A stretch of 64,000 bases of DNA from Azolla caroliniana (Eukaryota; Plantae; Polypodiophyta). Position 1 is the stretch's first letter, and each line of letters starts with the position of its first letter. Made by a program: the position numbers and the translations under genes. The stretch lies in NCBI GenBank assembly GCA_043228905.1, contig JBHGNT010000002.1, positions 27,218,001 through 27,282,000 of the forward strand, in the 5' to 3' direction. This document shows, in pieces, positions 23,501 through 37,600 of this stretch. The notes beneath the pieces were generated by a model, which was not told the DNA's origin, did no database searches, and worked only from the letters and a program-made list of their open reading frames with translations.

Positions 23501-26500
23501 TAATTCAGTTTCGTTATATACAGTTAGTAACTAAAATAAACTTATGAAACTTTAAGTATCTCATGGCTTTTTTCAACATTTTCTAAAACTTGAGAATTCT
23601 ATTTTTATGATGAGTAACTTCATAGTTTTTCTAGTCAGCCATAAGTTTATAATGTTTTTTTTGCGCGTTTAAAAGTTTTTATTTTATTGTTTTTATCTTA
23701 TTAATTGAAGTTAGTTTACAACAAAACTGTTCATGTATATATCTCTTCATGATTTAGTTTTATTCTCCTGTCTTGTAATGCAGGTGAACAGCTTGCCTCT
23801 GGTGCAGATGGTATGTATGGAACCTGATATTCATTTATAGGAACTTGACTGTTTAGACTTTAATTTTGAACAAATGTGTTATATAGGAGGTGAAATACTT
23901 CTATGGAAACTTATTGAGGACCAAGATGCTTCTAGCTCTTGGAAGCTCTCAAAAAATCTAAGGTATTCATTTTGAATACTTTTTTAATTGGGATCAGTGC
24001 ATGATAATGAATTAATGTGGAAGTTATCTACAGATTCCATGTTAAAGATGTCTTAGACTTGCAATGGTCTACTGAAGGAACCTTACTTGCATCAGCATCA
24101 GTTGACAATACTGTCATTATTTGGGACATCAACAAAGGTAAACATGAATTGGCAATTGTTTTTACCTGACATGCTGTCTCAAATGCAGTAATATAGCAAT
24201 TCCACAGCTTTCCACTTTTTCTCCATATATATGATCTAATTAGTAATAACTGTGGCTAGTCTCACAGAAAATTTGTTTGGACACTTCTATTGTCAATATT
24301 ACTGTATGCAAGTTTCCTTGTATTCATGTATTATGTTGTGCCCTTCCTTGTGTGTTGCTGAATGTTCTTTGTCCTTTCAGGTAATCCTCAACAGGTGCTG
24401 AAGGATCATATGCACTATGTTCAAGGAATTGCCTGGGATCCAATAGGTCAATACATCGCATCTATCAGTAATGATAGAACATGCAGGATCTATTGTAACA
24501 AGCCTCAGAATCTGAAGAGAAAATCAGAAGAACAATATGTTTTTACCTGCCAGAATGTGCTTGTGAAGGCAGAATTAGTGAAACAGGAAGAAGAAACATG
24601 TCCTAAGGTGAAGTTTTCGTTGACATCATATGTCTTGCAGAAGTTTATTTGAAAGCAAGGCACTGATATTGTGTTAATCAGGTTCCAGCAGCCAAGCATC
24701 ACCTTTTTCATGATGAAACATTGCCCTCCTTCTTTAGGAGGCTCGCATGGTCTCCTGATGGTTCTTTCCTTCTTGTGCCCTCTGGTATATCCCCTTTAAC
24801 CTATGATGTTTTTCTTAACTGCACTATGAATTCTCTGTATGTCAATATATTTGGTACATTATGTTCCATATTCTAATGTTCATATTTTTATTTTGATTAG
24901 GCATTTACAAATCTCCTTCTGATTCAACTTTGACAAATACAGCCTTCGTTGTTTCGAGAACAGATTTGTCAAGGTACATTAGACTAATTTTCTCATGTCA
25001 ATAATATAAAAGTTTTTCAATCACTGTTGGTCTAGTATGAGATCTCTAAGAACGTTAAGAAAAGACACAGAAGAGCAGCTGTGCACATATTTATGTGTCA
25101 AAAACTATGGGATTACCTCATCATTCTAAAGTAATGAGATGGATCTGAGAGATGAAGCAGCAGTTAATGCATTCATGGATGCGGAAGTATGGCTTTAGCT
25201 CATCAGTCTAGGTAGAGTGATGACGGCTTCATACTATGTGAGACTTTAAGTGATTGAGTGAGTGGGTGTTATGAGCCTTATGTTTTCCCTCTCTTTGGAG
25301 GATCTCCCTAATGAAGATGCAGTGAAGCCCTCCGATAACTCTAGGCATGACAAAAAATATACCTACATGTTTCAAATAATATATGTCTCTAAAAATCAGG
25401 TGTGTTGTTTTCAAGAATGTTTGGCTTTGAACAAAGATCAATGAGCCACTTTGTTTACGCAGGTACCCCTGACGTTTTGTATATTTATGAGGACACCTTT
25501 CTGGTTTTAAACTTACTGATCAGTTTTTTAAAATGATAAAAGAATTTCAATTCGAATTGTAATTAGGCTGAATAGTGATTAATAGTATACTAGCAAAACA
25601 ATTGTTTTAGGTGTGTAGAAGAAAAAGAAGTAATCATCCTATCAATCTCAAACTAGTTTAATTAATTAATCTGAATCCACAATTAGAACAATGCGGTATT
25701 TTACAAACTTCAAGAAACTGAAGTGTATTCAGAAATTTTGGGAACGAGATAATAATGACTATAGTCCAATGTCATTTACTATAAAAGAAGTAATCCAACA
25801 ACATACTGTTTTGGAAGCTCAATGTAAAGTAGAATTTGTATGTTATGACCTTGTTTGTATGATATATGACAGTTTGTTTTACATAAACAGGTTCCTTGTG
25901 TATGGTAGGTGTGCCCCTTAAAAATAACTCTAGGAAATTGATCTGTTTAGGGTCTAGGGTGTAGCCAAGTATTGAAACTTGATAACTCTGTACAGCAGTA
26001 GCCTATAGCTGTTTTTGTTGACCAAGAACTGTACTGAGAAACTTACGTTTATACAAGAATTCCAATGTACTACTAGCCTAATGTGCAAACATAATGATGA
26101 AAAAAGTGTTTAATAATTTGTCCAGATGGATGAACTTATTGCCTTCTCCAACATCACGTAACTTCCTTGTTCTGTTGGTTCAGTGCAGACCTTCAATGCA
26201 TTTGCCTGGAGCAAGTAAACCAATAGTGGCTGTTCGTTTCTGTCCAGTGGTGTTCTCATTAAATCCTAACATGAACCAAAATTTTGATAATGGTTCAAAT
26301 TGTATGTTAAAGCAAACTTTCTCTGGTGAATTTTGTTCATTTGAATTTGCTCTTTAAAATCTGACATTGTTGTGCTATTCCATTGTGTACACAGCTACGA
26401 GTAATTTCAAGCTTCCATATAGGTTCGTCTTTGCAGTGGCTACATTGAATTCATTATATGTGTATGACACTCAAAGTGATTACCCATTAGCGATCCTTGC

Positions 26501-27317
26501 TGGCATACATTATGCAGCAATTACTGATATTGCGTGGTATACTTCTATTCCATCAATTATCACCAATTTATATTTGTTTTTTTTCTTTTGTTCAAGACAT
26601 GTGATATTTGGTTTTTTCAGGTCATGGGATGCTAAATTCTTGGTGGTATCATCCCAAGATGGCTTTTGCACATTGGTCTCATTTGATAATGAAGAGCTTG
26701 GATGCCCTATGCCATCAAGCGGTAGGTTATTCTATGTTTCCCTTCATACAAGCCATTACTAACGGATATCAACTAATGGCATACAAAATTCAATTGTTGC
26801 ACCAGAGCTTCCTTCCTATGTTGCGAAGTTTTTGCCTATAGCCAAGGATTCAGTAGTGGATCTTCGGATTAAGTCATCATCTCAAACCACAACGAGCATA
26901 CAGGGCAAGGAAGTGCAACTGGACCAAATAAAGAAGGGTGATGTTCTGTCCAAAGAGAATATGGAGCATGAGGCCAAGAATGAAGGGAAAGATGAAACAG
27001 AAACAACACACCATGTATATTTAAAGAACACTGCCTTGGGTTCTGGTTCCCCAAAAGAAACTGCGCAAGGAGAAGCTGGAGTAATGAACCTCAAGAGTTG
27101 CAAGAAGCATTTGACTGATGCAAATATATCATCTGAATCATTATTGGGACGCACCACAGTAGTGAAGGATGATTCATCATCACAACTGCAATCTACAGAC
27201 ATTTCAGTAGACATCAAGAATGACAAAGTTTCTGATGATGTTGAAAAAGCCATACCACCAAAGCCTAGGCGAATAACACCTATTGCCATCACGACGAACT
27301 CTGCACAATCTTCATGA
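18563..27317 (+). CDS. FAS2: Chromatin assembly factor 1 subunit B (CAF-1 p60, FASCIATA2-like WD40 protein)
   Basis: Exons 18563-18676, 19867-19975, 23784-23810, 23887-23962, 24034-24137, 24381-24607, 24682-24784, 24901-24973, 26189-26301, 26395-26536, 26621-26721, 26806-27317. Motifs: [91 protein letters not shown], and the C-terminal Asf1-binding B-domain KPRRITP. Confidence 0.96.
20041..20240. repeat. Degenerate tandem repeat, ~4 x 48 bp, in FAS2 intron 2
   Basis: TC(T/C/A)ATAGTGA...GTT(A/C)T.CTA...AAT(G)GAA units at ~20041, 20089, 20137 and 20186. Confidence 0.65.
20950..22470 (+). mobile_element. Degenerate LINE reverse-transcriptase fragments in FAS2 intron 2
   Basis: FIADDIVLI at ~21381 (YADD-type catalytic motif), then [14 protein letters not shown] and YLGITF; [13 protein letters not shown] at ~22408; LDRILTL near 21056. 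Confidence 0.65.
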
Positions 27318-28299
27318 CGAACTTCACCAAAGGCTGCAGGAATATGATGAAGGATTGATCAGGGAAAAGCATATATAACTTGAAGCATCACACTTTGATT
27401 GCTTTGAGACTAGCATTCTTAGGTACATACAAGGGATGATTGTTAAAGTCAACAAATTGAGTGAAGGACAACTTTCTAGAGTGTCCATTGTCTAGTATGA
27501 TCATCATCACCATCATGATCGTCATCATTATCGGCGGATTAAATTTTTGCAACCGTCCCTGTCATAGATTATGTATAATATCAATGTGCAAATGCTCATT
27601 TTGCCGTGAAAATCTTAGTTTTCATGCCAGTCATTTCTGCCATTTGTGAAGTTGTAGCATGTTTTAGATCTTGGATCCCCAAAGAGCTCACTCACTCTGA
27701 CTTTGATGCTTGTTTATTCTTTTAACTTTTTGGGAGGAGGATTGACTTGGGTGGAAAATTTTATGAAACATGTCAGAAAAGAAAACAGGATTTTTAATGG
27801 ATTCCATTACCTTCTTGGAATAACTTTTGACTCTTTGGTATCATCAATATATAAATAACATTCAGACAGAATGCAAGTCTACGTATATGTGTTTGTCTCG
27901 TGAAGGATTGATAGTTGTTGTCATAATCTTCATTTACCAACTTACCTCCATATTCTCCCTCTTTGAGAATAGAAAAGCAATCATAAAAGACAAGCTTCAT
28001 ACGGTTAACTTGTGATCTCTCAATGGAGACTAATGTGGAATGATTTTGAGAGGTTGTTCAATTCATGCTTATGGTTTTGAGTCCATTTGTAGTGTCTGAT
28101 GACTTTAAATTATGTAAATGAAATATTTGAGGTAACACAAAGTTGTGTATGTTCTCTCGTGTCCTTGTTCTATGGGATCATGCCTCAATATATTTGAATG
28201 GCTTTATCAAACACAAATTCTAGTATAAAATCTTGGATGTCTTTTTTTACTTAGGTTTTGTAAAAGTCGCTAAAACTACGTTGGGGTTTATTGACACCT

Positions 28300-29610
28300 A
28301 AATGATCATGAATGCTTTGAGAATGAGGCCCTTAAACTCATTGTCCTTGTTTTACGTATGTTTTTTATTTTACCTCAACAAAGTAATCAACCCTCAAAGA
28401 TAGATTAGTGTTTTCATCTTTGCTTGAATTTTACTAAATTCTTCAAGTTTGGGATAGAGCTTGAGATTCGGTCTTGACCTCTTTGCCATACTCAAACAAA
28501 ACTATAGCCAATATGACATTCACCTAATATGCTCTCTGTAAAGATACCTCTATATGCATAAAATCAAGCTCATTGGATGTGGCCATGGACTTGAGGCATC
28601 TGTAAAAACATTGTATGTATCTTTGCGATACCCCAAACAAATTTCAAATGCGTGAAGAATTTGTGCTCCATATTCTTTTTTGTCTCTAGGTTCGATTTGT
28701 TTTGTAAGCCACGTAATGTTGTCGTGGTCAAATAAAACCTCAAATTGAGCACCATATTAAGAGTTTATAGAAATTGACAAATCCAAGAGAACAATAGATA
28801 TCTTAGAGTGAAGTGGGTGTTTGGCAATCTAAAACAGCATGAACTTTGGTTGGATTCCTTCTTACACCCGAAGGAGTGATGAAATATACCCATGGAACTT
28901 ATCAATTCTTTGATAAAGTTGAAACTTCTCCAACATTGCATGCAATTTATGCTCTCATAAAAATTAAAGGACCTATCATTCTTATTTCTTGTCTTTCTTA
29001 AGAGTTTTGGTGTTTCTACATCATGAGAGAAATATCCAAGAATTCTCACAAAACATTAGTAGCTGTGTCGTTGAAAAAATGCACGTGCATTAGTGAGCCC
29101 AAAAGGTATATATGTGTACTCAAAATGGTCATATCAAGTATGAAATGTTGTCTTCCCTTCATCATCTTCGCGGAAATGAAGCTTTGAGTTGTTCTGTTAG
29201 GTATGAGATATGAGGAAGTGGATACTCATACCAACCACAAAGAACCAACATTCTTTTTTACAAGGAAGACACACTCTATGATAAGTGATCGAGAGTGTCG
29301 GATAAACCATTAGCCAAATTCTCATCAATATAATTCCATGAAACCTCTAATTTAGCAAATAACAAGTTGAATAAGGGACCATATAATAACATCATCCCAT
29401 ATTGTGAATATGTTTTGACAATCTGTGGGATAATCAATTATCGAAACATTGGAGGATTCATGATACATGATCGGAAGTTTAGGAGCAAACTTCATAGGTC
29501 TAGAGCTAGTTGAAGGCGAAATCGAGACGAAGTAATACCAAAGCAAGTTCACGTTTGTCAACTTTTTGAAACTTGTAAAGAAACATCCACATGAGTGGGG
29601 GGGGAGCTCA
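28300..29610 (+). mobile_element. Degenerate Ty3/gypsy-like pol remnant
   Basis: QSVG*SIIETLED near 29420-29460 resembles the integrase QxDGQSERTIQTLED motif; purine tract GAGTGGGGGGGGAG at ~29593. Many stops. Confidence 0.35.
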
Positions 29611-30712
29611 GGCAAAAGTTCGAGCATGAAGTAGGTTGAGAACATACACATAAGGTGGAACAAGATCTGGGGGTAAGAGAGAATGCATACATTGGGGTAG
29701 AGTAAAGTGCATAGGTAGTGAACAAAGACTTATATGAGCTATAGTGAGAATTTGGAAACAAGAGGTATCAATATATTCTTTTATGTGAAGATTGAAGCCA
29801 TTCAAGGGCTCCGGTTGAGGTTTTTTGAAGTCAGAGGTTCGAATCCTACCTTCCTCCCTCTTCTCATTTCAAAAGTTATTATTATTATTATTATTATTAT
29901 TATCATCATAGATTCATATTCATTCAACATTAGACATAGACACCGGCCATAACTCAACTCTTTTTTGTTTTGTTTTGTTGTTTTTGGCTTCTGCTTCTTC
30001 CTTTAACTAGGTTAAAAGAAGAAGGTTTCTCTCTTTAGTTATATATCTCCCTCCTTTTCCTGCTCCTGTTCTCTTTTTCTTCTTCCCGAGCTTCTCCTAC
30101 TCTGTTCCTTCTCGATCTTTTACCAGGTAAACTCCCCCCCCCCCCCTCCTTGTCTTGTTTGATTTTAATCGTTTTGCTCTCTCTGCGTTTCTTCTTGTTT
30201 TCTTGCTTAACTGTTTCCCCTTCGAATCAATCTCTTTTCCCTGCCCTTACTTCGTCGGGTTTAATCTAATGTCTATGTTTCTCGTTTGTCCTTTTTACTC
30301 CATTCTCGTAATTGGTTTTTACTCTTTCTTGTTTAAATCAGTTCCATTCTGTTTCTTGTGTGTTTTGCCCTCCTTTTTCTTTGCTTTTGGAACATAAAAT
30401 TTTCGAATGTGGTCATTCTATTTCTTGTTAATCCAGAATAATTAAATGGCAGAAGGAATCATGTTGTAATAGGAAAAACAATCTCTCCAATAGCCTCGTA
30501 GTGTATGAATAGAAACTTTTCTTGATAGTTTTCTTGACAACTGTGTAATGCATGGTTAGAAAGTTTTTTGTGATATTTTCGATGAAATACATGTCCTTAT
30601 TTCGGAAACTTTGTAATGTACGATCAGAAATGAGTCAAGGATGAATTTCAAAACCTATTTCATCTTGTTTTTGTGTGGATTGTCGCAGTAAATAAAGGTC
30701 CAAAACCTCGTG

Positions 30713-33700
30713 ATGATGAATGGCAATGCCGATTCAGACATCCAGAGAGCAGAAGAGCTGAAAAACGCTGCAAATGTAGCGTTTCAAGGTTTGCATACAA
30801 AAATCAACCTTGTTATTCACATATATTGTCATTAACCATCCCTATACTTCTTCACTGCATGTATTCAACTATAAAAACTAGTAATTTTGTAGAGAAGGCA
30901 TTTAAGTCAGTTTACTACAGGAGCAACCACTTTGCTGTTGGAATTCCTCTGATTTGCTGTATTTTATATTATTTTGTAAATTTCAGCCCACAAGTTCTCT
31001 AAAGCAGTAGATCTCTATACTGAGGCGATAAATGCAAACAACAACAATGCTGTCTACTGGGCAAACAGATCATTTGCCCACACAAAACTTGAGGAATATG
31101 GAAGTGCAATTGCAGATGCGTCTAAAGCTATAGAAATTGATCAGAAATATGTCAAGGTAGATGATCACTATTTTGATAAAATTTCTAGTCACTTTAGAGG
31201 TTAGCTCATCCAGATTCTTATGTTGCTTGAGTTATATACTCCAGGGTTATTATAGACGCGGAGCTGCATTTTTAGCAATGGGCAAGTTTAAAGATGCATT
31301 AAAAGATTTCAAGCAGGTACTGGATCAGCACGTGGGCCTTGTCATAGAATCATTAGGATTAAGGATCATGATATGTTATGGGGTATTTTCTCTATTCTGT
31401 CAGGTTGTCAAAATAGTACCCAAGGACCCTGATGCTATCAAAAAACTACGGGAATGTGAAAAAGCAGTACAAAAGCTGAGATTTGAGGAAGCAATTGCTA
31501 CTAATGCAGACAATCATTCGATTGTTGATTCAGTAGACTATGAATCCATGTGTATGTATTTATGTCTAATTCTATTGCTATGGGTACTACTTCATGGTTT
31601 CAATTAGAATTGTTCTTCTTACCGTTGTAAATAATATCTTCTTTTCTTTATGTCTCCAGTGGTACCCGATTCCTACAAAGGGGCTAAAATTGAAGGTGAT
31701 GCAATCACGCTCGATTTCATAATGGCAATGATCAAGGACTTCAAAGAACAAAAACAGATACACAGACGGTGCATGCTTTTACGCATGTTTTAGTATGTGG
31801 TTTTAATTTCTTAGATTGTATTAATAACTAAAGTACACTGTCTGCAGATATGCTTTTCAAATTCTGCTTCAAATAAGGAAGATTCTAATCTCCCTTCCAT
31901 CTCTAGTGGACATTACCGTTCCTGAAAATTGTCAATTTACAGTTTGTGGTGATATTCATGGTCAGGTGTGTACATCCTTACTTGACCTGATTAGTTTAAG
32001 TTTCTGCAATTCTAGCTGATGGTATCACAATTTTCTACTGTGCAAATGAGTGCAGTTCTATGATCTGCTGAATATCTTTGAACTGAATGGATTCCCATCA
32101 AATGAGAATCCCTATCTCTTCAATGGAGACTTTGTTGATCGTGGGTCCTTCTCAGTGGAGGTCATATTCACTCTGTTTGCCTTCAAGTGCCTTTATCCAC
32201 AAGGTGAACCTTATCATGTCATTTTTCCTTGATTAACAATGTAGCAAAAGATAAGCAGCTGAGTAATCTGATATTACGATTCATAATAACACATGCATTT
32301 ATATACTCCCTATACTTTATGTACTTTGATGTTTAGTCAGTTATTCATAACAAGTGCTGCTGTTTTAAGTTAAACATTTTGTGTCTTGCTTGATTTGATA
32401 TTCTAATTCTGACTATAGTGGGGTTGAATATCCAGGTATTTATCTTGCAAGAGGTAATCATGAAAGCAAAAGTCTGAACAAGATTTATGGATTCGAAGGG
32501 GAAGTTAAGGCAAAATTTAACCAAATGATGGTTGAGCTTTTTGCTGAAGTCTTTTGCTGCTTGCCCTTAGCTCATGTACTGAACAACAAGGTCTTTGTGA
32601 CACATGGAGGTCTTTTTAGTAAAGACGATGTTAAATTGTCTGATATTAGAAGCATAGATCGCTTTGTGGAACCACCTGATGAAGGTAACTAACTTAAAAA
32701 TTTTGCTCTTTATTTAGCTGTTGTTTTTCTATGCTGGTCTTGGTTTATTGGTTTAAGATCAGACAGAAAGTATGTTATTGAGACTTTTACTTGGCCTTCA
32801 TTTCCCCTTGTTTTTTTTGTAATTTATCTCTTCAAGATCAAGTATATAATGAGTTTCTTATGTTTCTTTTAGGAATTATGTGTGAGTTGCTGTGGAGTGA
32901 TCCATCTCCAACATTGGGCAGATCACCTAGCAAACGTGGCGTTGGTGTTGCATTTGGATCTGATGTCACAAAGAATTTTTTGAAACAAAACAACCTAGGT
33001 AACTCAAGTCTTAAATGTGAGATATATGTATTTATTCTTGTTTGTGTCATTGTATGTTTATATATGTATAATGTATGCATGTGTGTATTTGCATGAGATA
33101 TGGTGTTCATCAAACTGCTGGTTCTGTTTGTCTTGTCACTGCAGCATGACTATTTTTATGTACACTTGGGCATTGGTTTCCCCAACTTTTAGCACTCTTA
33201 AGAGCATTGGTTTCAATGATTTCTAGTTCTGTGAATCTTTATATTTTGTTTCGGTACAATAGCTGTTAGAATTTAATTTATTGGTGCTTGTCTTCCATTT
33301 GGATGGATTGATTTGGAGTTGGGAAATCTTATTTTATATTTACAAATGCATATTTCCATATACTTGTCTCCCTATTTATCTGTGATCAATGACCTTGATC
33401 TCTTGTATACAAGTCTTTTGATTATTTCTCTGATTTTGTAGTTATAAAATATCAAGTAAAAAGTGTCTAGATTATTTCCTTGAGTTTTTCTGCACTGATA
33501 ATCTTGGCATACAAACTCCATCCTTCACTTATATTAACCAGAGGAAAGTTAAGCATTATGGCCGGTATATGCTACTTTTTCGCCAATGAATTGTCCGTTG
33601 TTTCTCTCAGCCATTATTGTATGAAAATGTTTCTTGAAAACTGCTTGGCATTTCAGTCATTTAATTTTGTCATTCGTTATCATTCTTCACAGTGCTACAG

Positions 33701-34628
33701 ACTTCAATAACTTGGATTTATCCAGGATGATTAAACCTCTAGTAGCCTTCAGTACAACCTTTTTCTTCCTTTATTTCTGCAAATATCTCTAAGTTTGCTA
33801 TTTCCCCTAACACTTCTGCTCAACCTCAAAAGAGAAAAAAGTGGATAAATTGAAGAGAATATACAATTAGAGCACATACAATTGAGAAGGCCATGAATCG
33901 ACCCAGTAATTGCTCAAATACCACATAAATTTTCGTTTATGGTGATTAGCCAAAGGCATTAGGGAAAATAAAGATACTCAGCATTTTGGAGTATTTCCAT
34001 AATTCAGGCATCATTTGAAGTTTTGGGCGGTTAGCCCAAACTTAAAGAGCAAAGAATTGAGATAGAGAAGAGACTAGTGATGATAGAAAGCAGGGTCAAT
34101 TCACAATTTGAAAATGCATTACCTGGTAATCCAATAATATAAAAATGGGAAAATTTTCTACTGAAGAAATAATTTTTAACCGGGTGAGGTGTTTTCTCAG
34201 AACTTGTTGTGAGATCTCATGAAGTTAAGGATGAAGGCTATGAGATTGAGCATGATGGCAAATTGATAACTGTATTCTCGGCGCCTAACTACTGTGACCA
34301 GGTAAGCAAATCTATTTATCTATTAAATGACGTTTAAAAAGATTATATAAATATTGAAAATAATGCCATTTTCTTCGTTGTACTTACATTTGCCAGATGG
34401 GAAACAAGGGAGCATTTATTAAATTCAAATCGCCAGAATTGAAGCCTGATATTAGGACGTTCAATGCAGTTGTAAGAGACCCATCTCCCATTGATAGTTC
34501 TTTCATGATTGGTTCTCTTGAAAATATATTTCTTAACTAGTTTTGTTGCGTTTTATAATGTGTGACAGCCTCATCCTAGTGTGAAGGCAATGGCGTATGC
34601 GAGCAATTTGTTTAGCCTATTGGGCTGA
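30713..34628 (+). CDS. PP5: Serine/threonine protein phosphatase 5 (TPR + PPP catalytic domain)
   Basis: Exons 30713-30788, 30987-31156, 31245-31316, 31404-31551, 31660-31768, 31848-31965, 32056-32203, 32436-32684, 32873-32998, 34201-34301, 34397-34471, 34569-34628. TPR motifs [18 protein letters not shown] and GYYRRG; PPP motifs GDIHGQ, GDFVDRG, RGNHE, HGG, RSHE and SAPNYC; C-terminal [11 protein letters not shown]. 5'UTR intron 30127-30688. Confidence 0.97.
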
Positions 34629-37600
34629 ATTTGTTATACCCTTGGCTTTGATATAGTGAGATTTTCCACGAAAAAATTCAATGCGTCTGCAAAAAAAGCA
34701 AGAGATTATCTCTGGCTGCAAGCAAATCACAAAGTCGGCAATCTTATGAATCAATGATATATGATATGCTTCTTCTTACCGTTGGTTTTTTTACCAATGG
34801 ATTCTTGTACAAGGCCAGCTTGTAAAAGAACTAAGTATTGTGATTTCTTTAACTATACCATTGGTTCATGTGATGTAGAGGTTTTAAGGCCAGCTGCTGT
34901 TGTGTGTCTCTCTCTTTCTTGGTTATTAAGAAGGGGTTCCTGTACCATGACCAGGTTGTGCTCTGATCCTTGTAATTTGTTGAACAAGTTCTAGAGCGAG
35001 CTTTTGTAAGCAAAATATATTGAAGGGAAATTTTTAAATTGTGTGATTAACCTAGCATATGTGCAATGGTTTCAGTTTTATGGTATGAACTTTGAAGTGT
35101 ATTTTGGAGTTTGTACTTTGGTATTATATGCATATCTATAACTAGATTGTTTGAGTGGTTAGGTGCAGGTGTTGTATGTACTATATTAAAATGTTTGTGA
35201 CAATAAGTTATGTTTAATAACCTAGTTACATTTCATACTATCACAGACTGCATTGACTATGGTACTGGCGTTTCAGGAAAAATGAAGTTATGAAGTTTAT
35301 TGGTTTATTTTATGATTGGTACAGGTGTATTAGGATGAAGTAGTCCTGAAGAGTGGAGACGTTTATTGGTTTCTCCTAAAACTCTACCCCCTGCCATGTA
35401 ATGAAAATGAAGGAATGTTATGTAGCTCCACTTTTTGTCCTAATACATGTTTTTTATGTGTGAAAGCTGCTGATGCTGTGTTCTCTTCTCTATGATTTGG
35501 CATGCATGTTCTCATATTGAGTATTCAGATTTTAGTTTTATTGCTGCAAGGTTGAATGAATTGTTTCTTGGTTAGATCTAAATACCAAAATAGCTGGAAT
35601 AATTCAATTTGGCATGGGAGAGTAGTGGGAAATATTTTGCTATAGATTTGCATCTTTGTAAATTCAATACTGATTTTATAAGCCCTGAGCTTCACTGTCT
35701 GTCTTCTTCTCAAGCCGTCTTCATTCCAATGGGTTTGAATTATATAGCCTCTTGGTTTGGAGGGTTTTACAATGTACGCCAATATGACATCATATTTCAC
35801 ATAAGCTTGTGTGCCAATGGGTAAGGGTCTCTTGAGCAGCAGTTCATTGAGAGACATGTGCCACATGTACCTTTATATATCATGTATATGACATATATGG
35901 GTGGTTGGTGTGCAACTTTTGGAGCATGAAATGAAAGATGAGTTCACATTGAAGTATGGAACATGAAATCAATGGTGACTTGATTTATGGGATTTGTATT
36001 GTAATATATTATAGATTTACTTAAATATTAAGGTTTTCTAAGAAACTCAACAAAATTGATTTCTAGATATTCCCAAGGACATTCATTCTAGGTTAAACAA
36101 GAGCTTTGGTGTTTTGAAATCTTCATAATATTCCATAATAGCAAAAATGTATAAGATTAAGTCGATATAGAGCTTTGCATAGGTTGATGTATAAGAAAAT
36201 GTGGATTAATTTAATATATTTTGGTTTCCTTTCTATATAGGGTGAAGCCATGCAAAACTCGAAAAGAGAATACATAATATAGGAGTATAAAAAAGAGTAG
36301 CAAAAACACTTCATCGTAAAATATTGTGGTTGATTTCGTAGAATCTATAATCATTAGGAGATGGGTTGAAAAAGGAAAACCATAAGGTTACATATAATTC
36401 ATAACTAGCTACTATAAGATCCATTTCACACAAAAGGCAATCTATAAATGGGATATCAAGATTGTTAAATGGGATATCAAGATTGTAAGTGATCCTAATG
36501 ATGCATAGAATCATCATATGCATGTTTATACATACATACACATATTTTCTTCTATCGAATATGGTTATGATGTGTGATTGTTTACACATGCACAAACAAA
36601 TTTCTGAATTAGGACAAATTTGAAGTTACTATAGGAAATGAACAATATGGGCAGTCCACACATTTAGTCAATAAATATGATTATGATCTTTGTAAGATGC
36701 CTCTTCCCATATTATTATTAGTGTGTTTCTTGAGAGTTAAGAATAATTATTCATTCTAGACATACTTGCGCACTAAGTTCATCTAATCATCGAAATTCGA
36801 ATATGTGGAAAAAATATGTTATATCATAGCTAAAAAAATGCCAAATATTATTTGTGGCAACCACATATACGATCATCATCATTTCTTGATCTTAATAAAC
36901 ACAAAACAATGCGTGAAAACATGAAATGGTAAAAGTTCACAAAGTATGATACGGGAATGTGGAGGTGTTGATGGATAGATACATGGATTTGATTGGAATA
37001 TAGTGGATATTGTATAATTGTATTGGCAAGAATATGTAATAAGGGTAACAAGTATTAACATGTTCTATAAAGCGATAGTAGATGTGCACACATCCTTTGA
37101 TTGGTCACACAATCTCTTTCATACCTAGATTTGTGTGGAAACACACATATTTACATGAAAGATTGCAACACTTGAATAACCTATCATTGTGCCTTCATCA
37201 TATTGTTTATGCAATAATATGAATTTGAAACTGATGCCTTCAAAGAATTTTGTGTAGGTTGTGGCATAATGGAGAAATGGAAATATACCATTGTAAAGAA
37301 AGGTCAACTAATTGCTAGTAAATTTAGTTTGTCATCTTTAAGGACTCGATATCTACATTTGAAGTGTTCGATATCATGTCATGTTCTATGACCATGAAAA
37401 TATGCATGTGATTTACTCTAACAAACTATAGGATGTTGTTATTTACGAAGATGAATTTAAATATCATGCAATCATAAGGTAGAAACCCTAATGTTCATGT
37501 GATTTGATACCCATTGAGGGCCAACATTTGAAATCATTATTCCATGCTAAAGAAATTTAGTTCAAACCTATTTAGAAACACCACAATGGGTTGCTCAATG

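Noticed and set aside
29790-29860. tRNA gene
   Set aside because: A B-box is present but there is no acceptor, D or anticodon stem.
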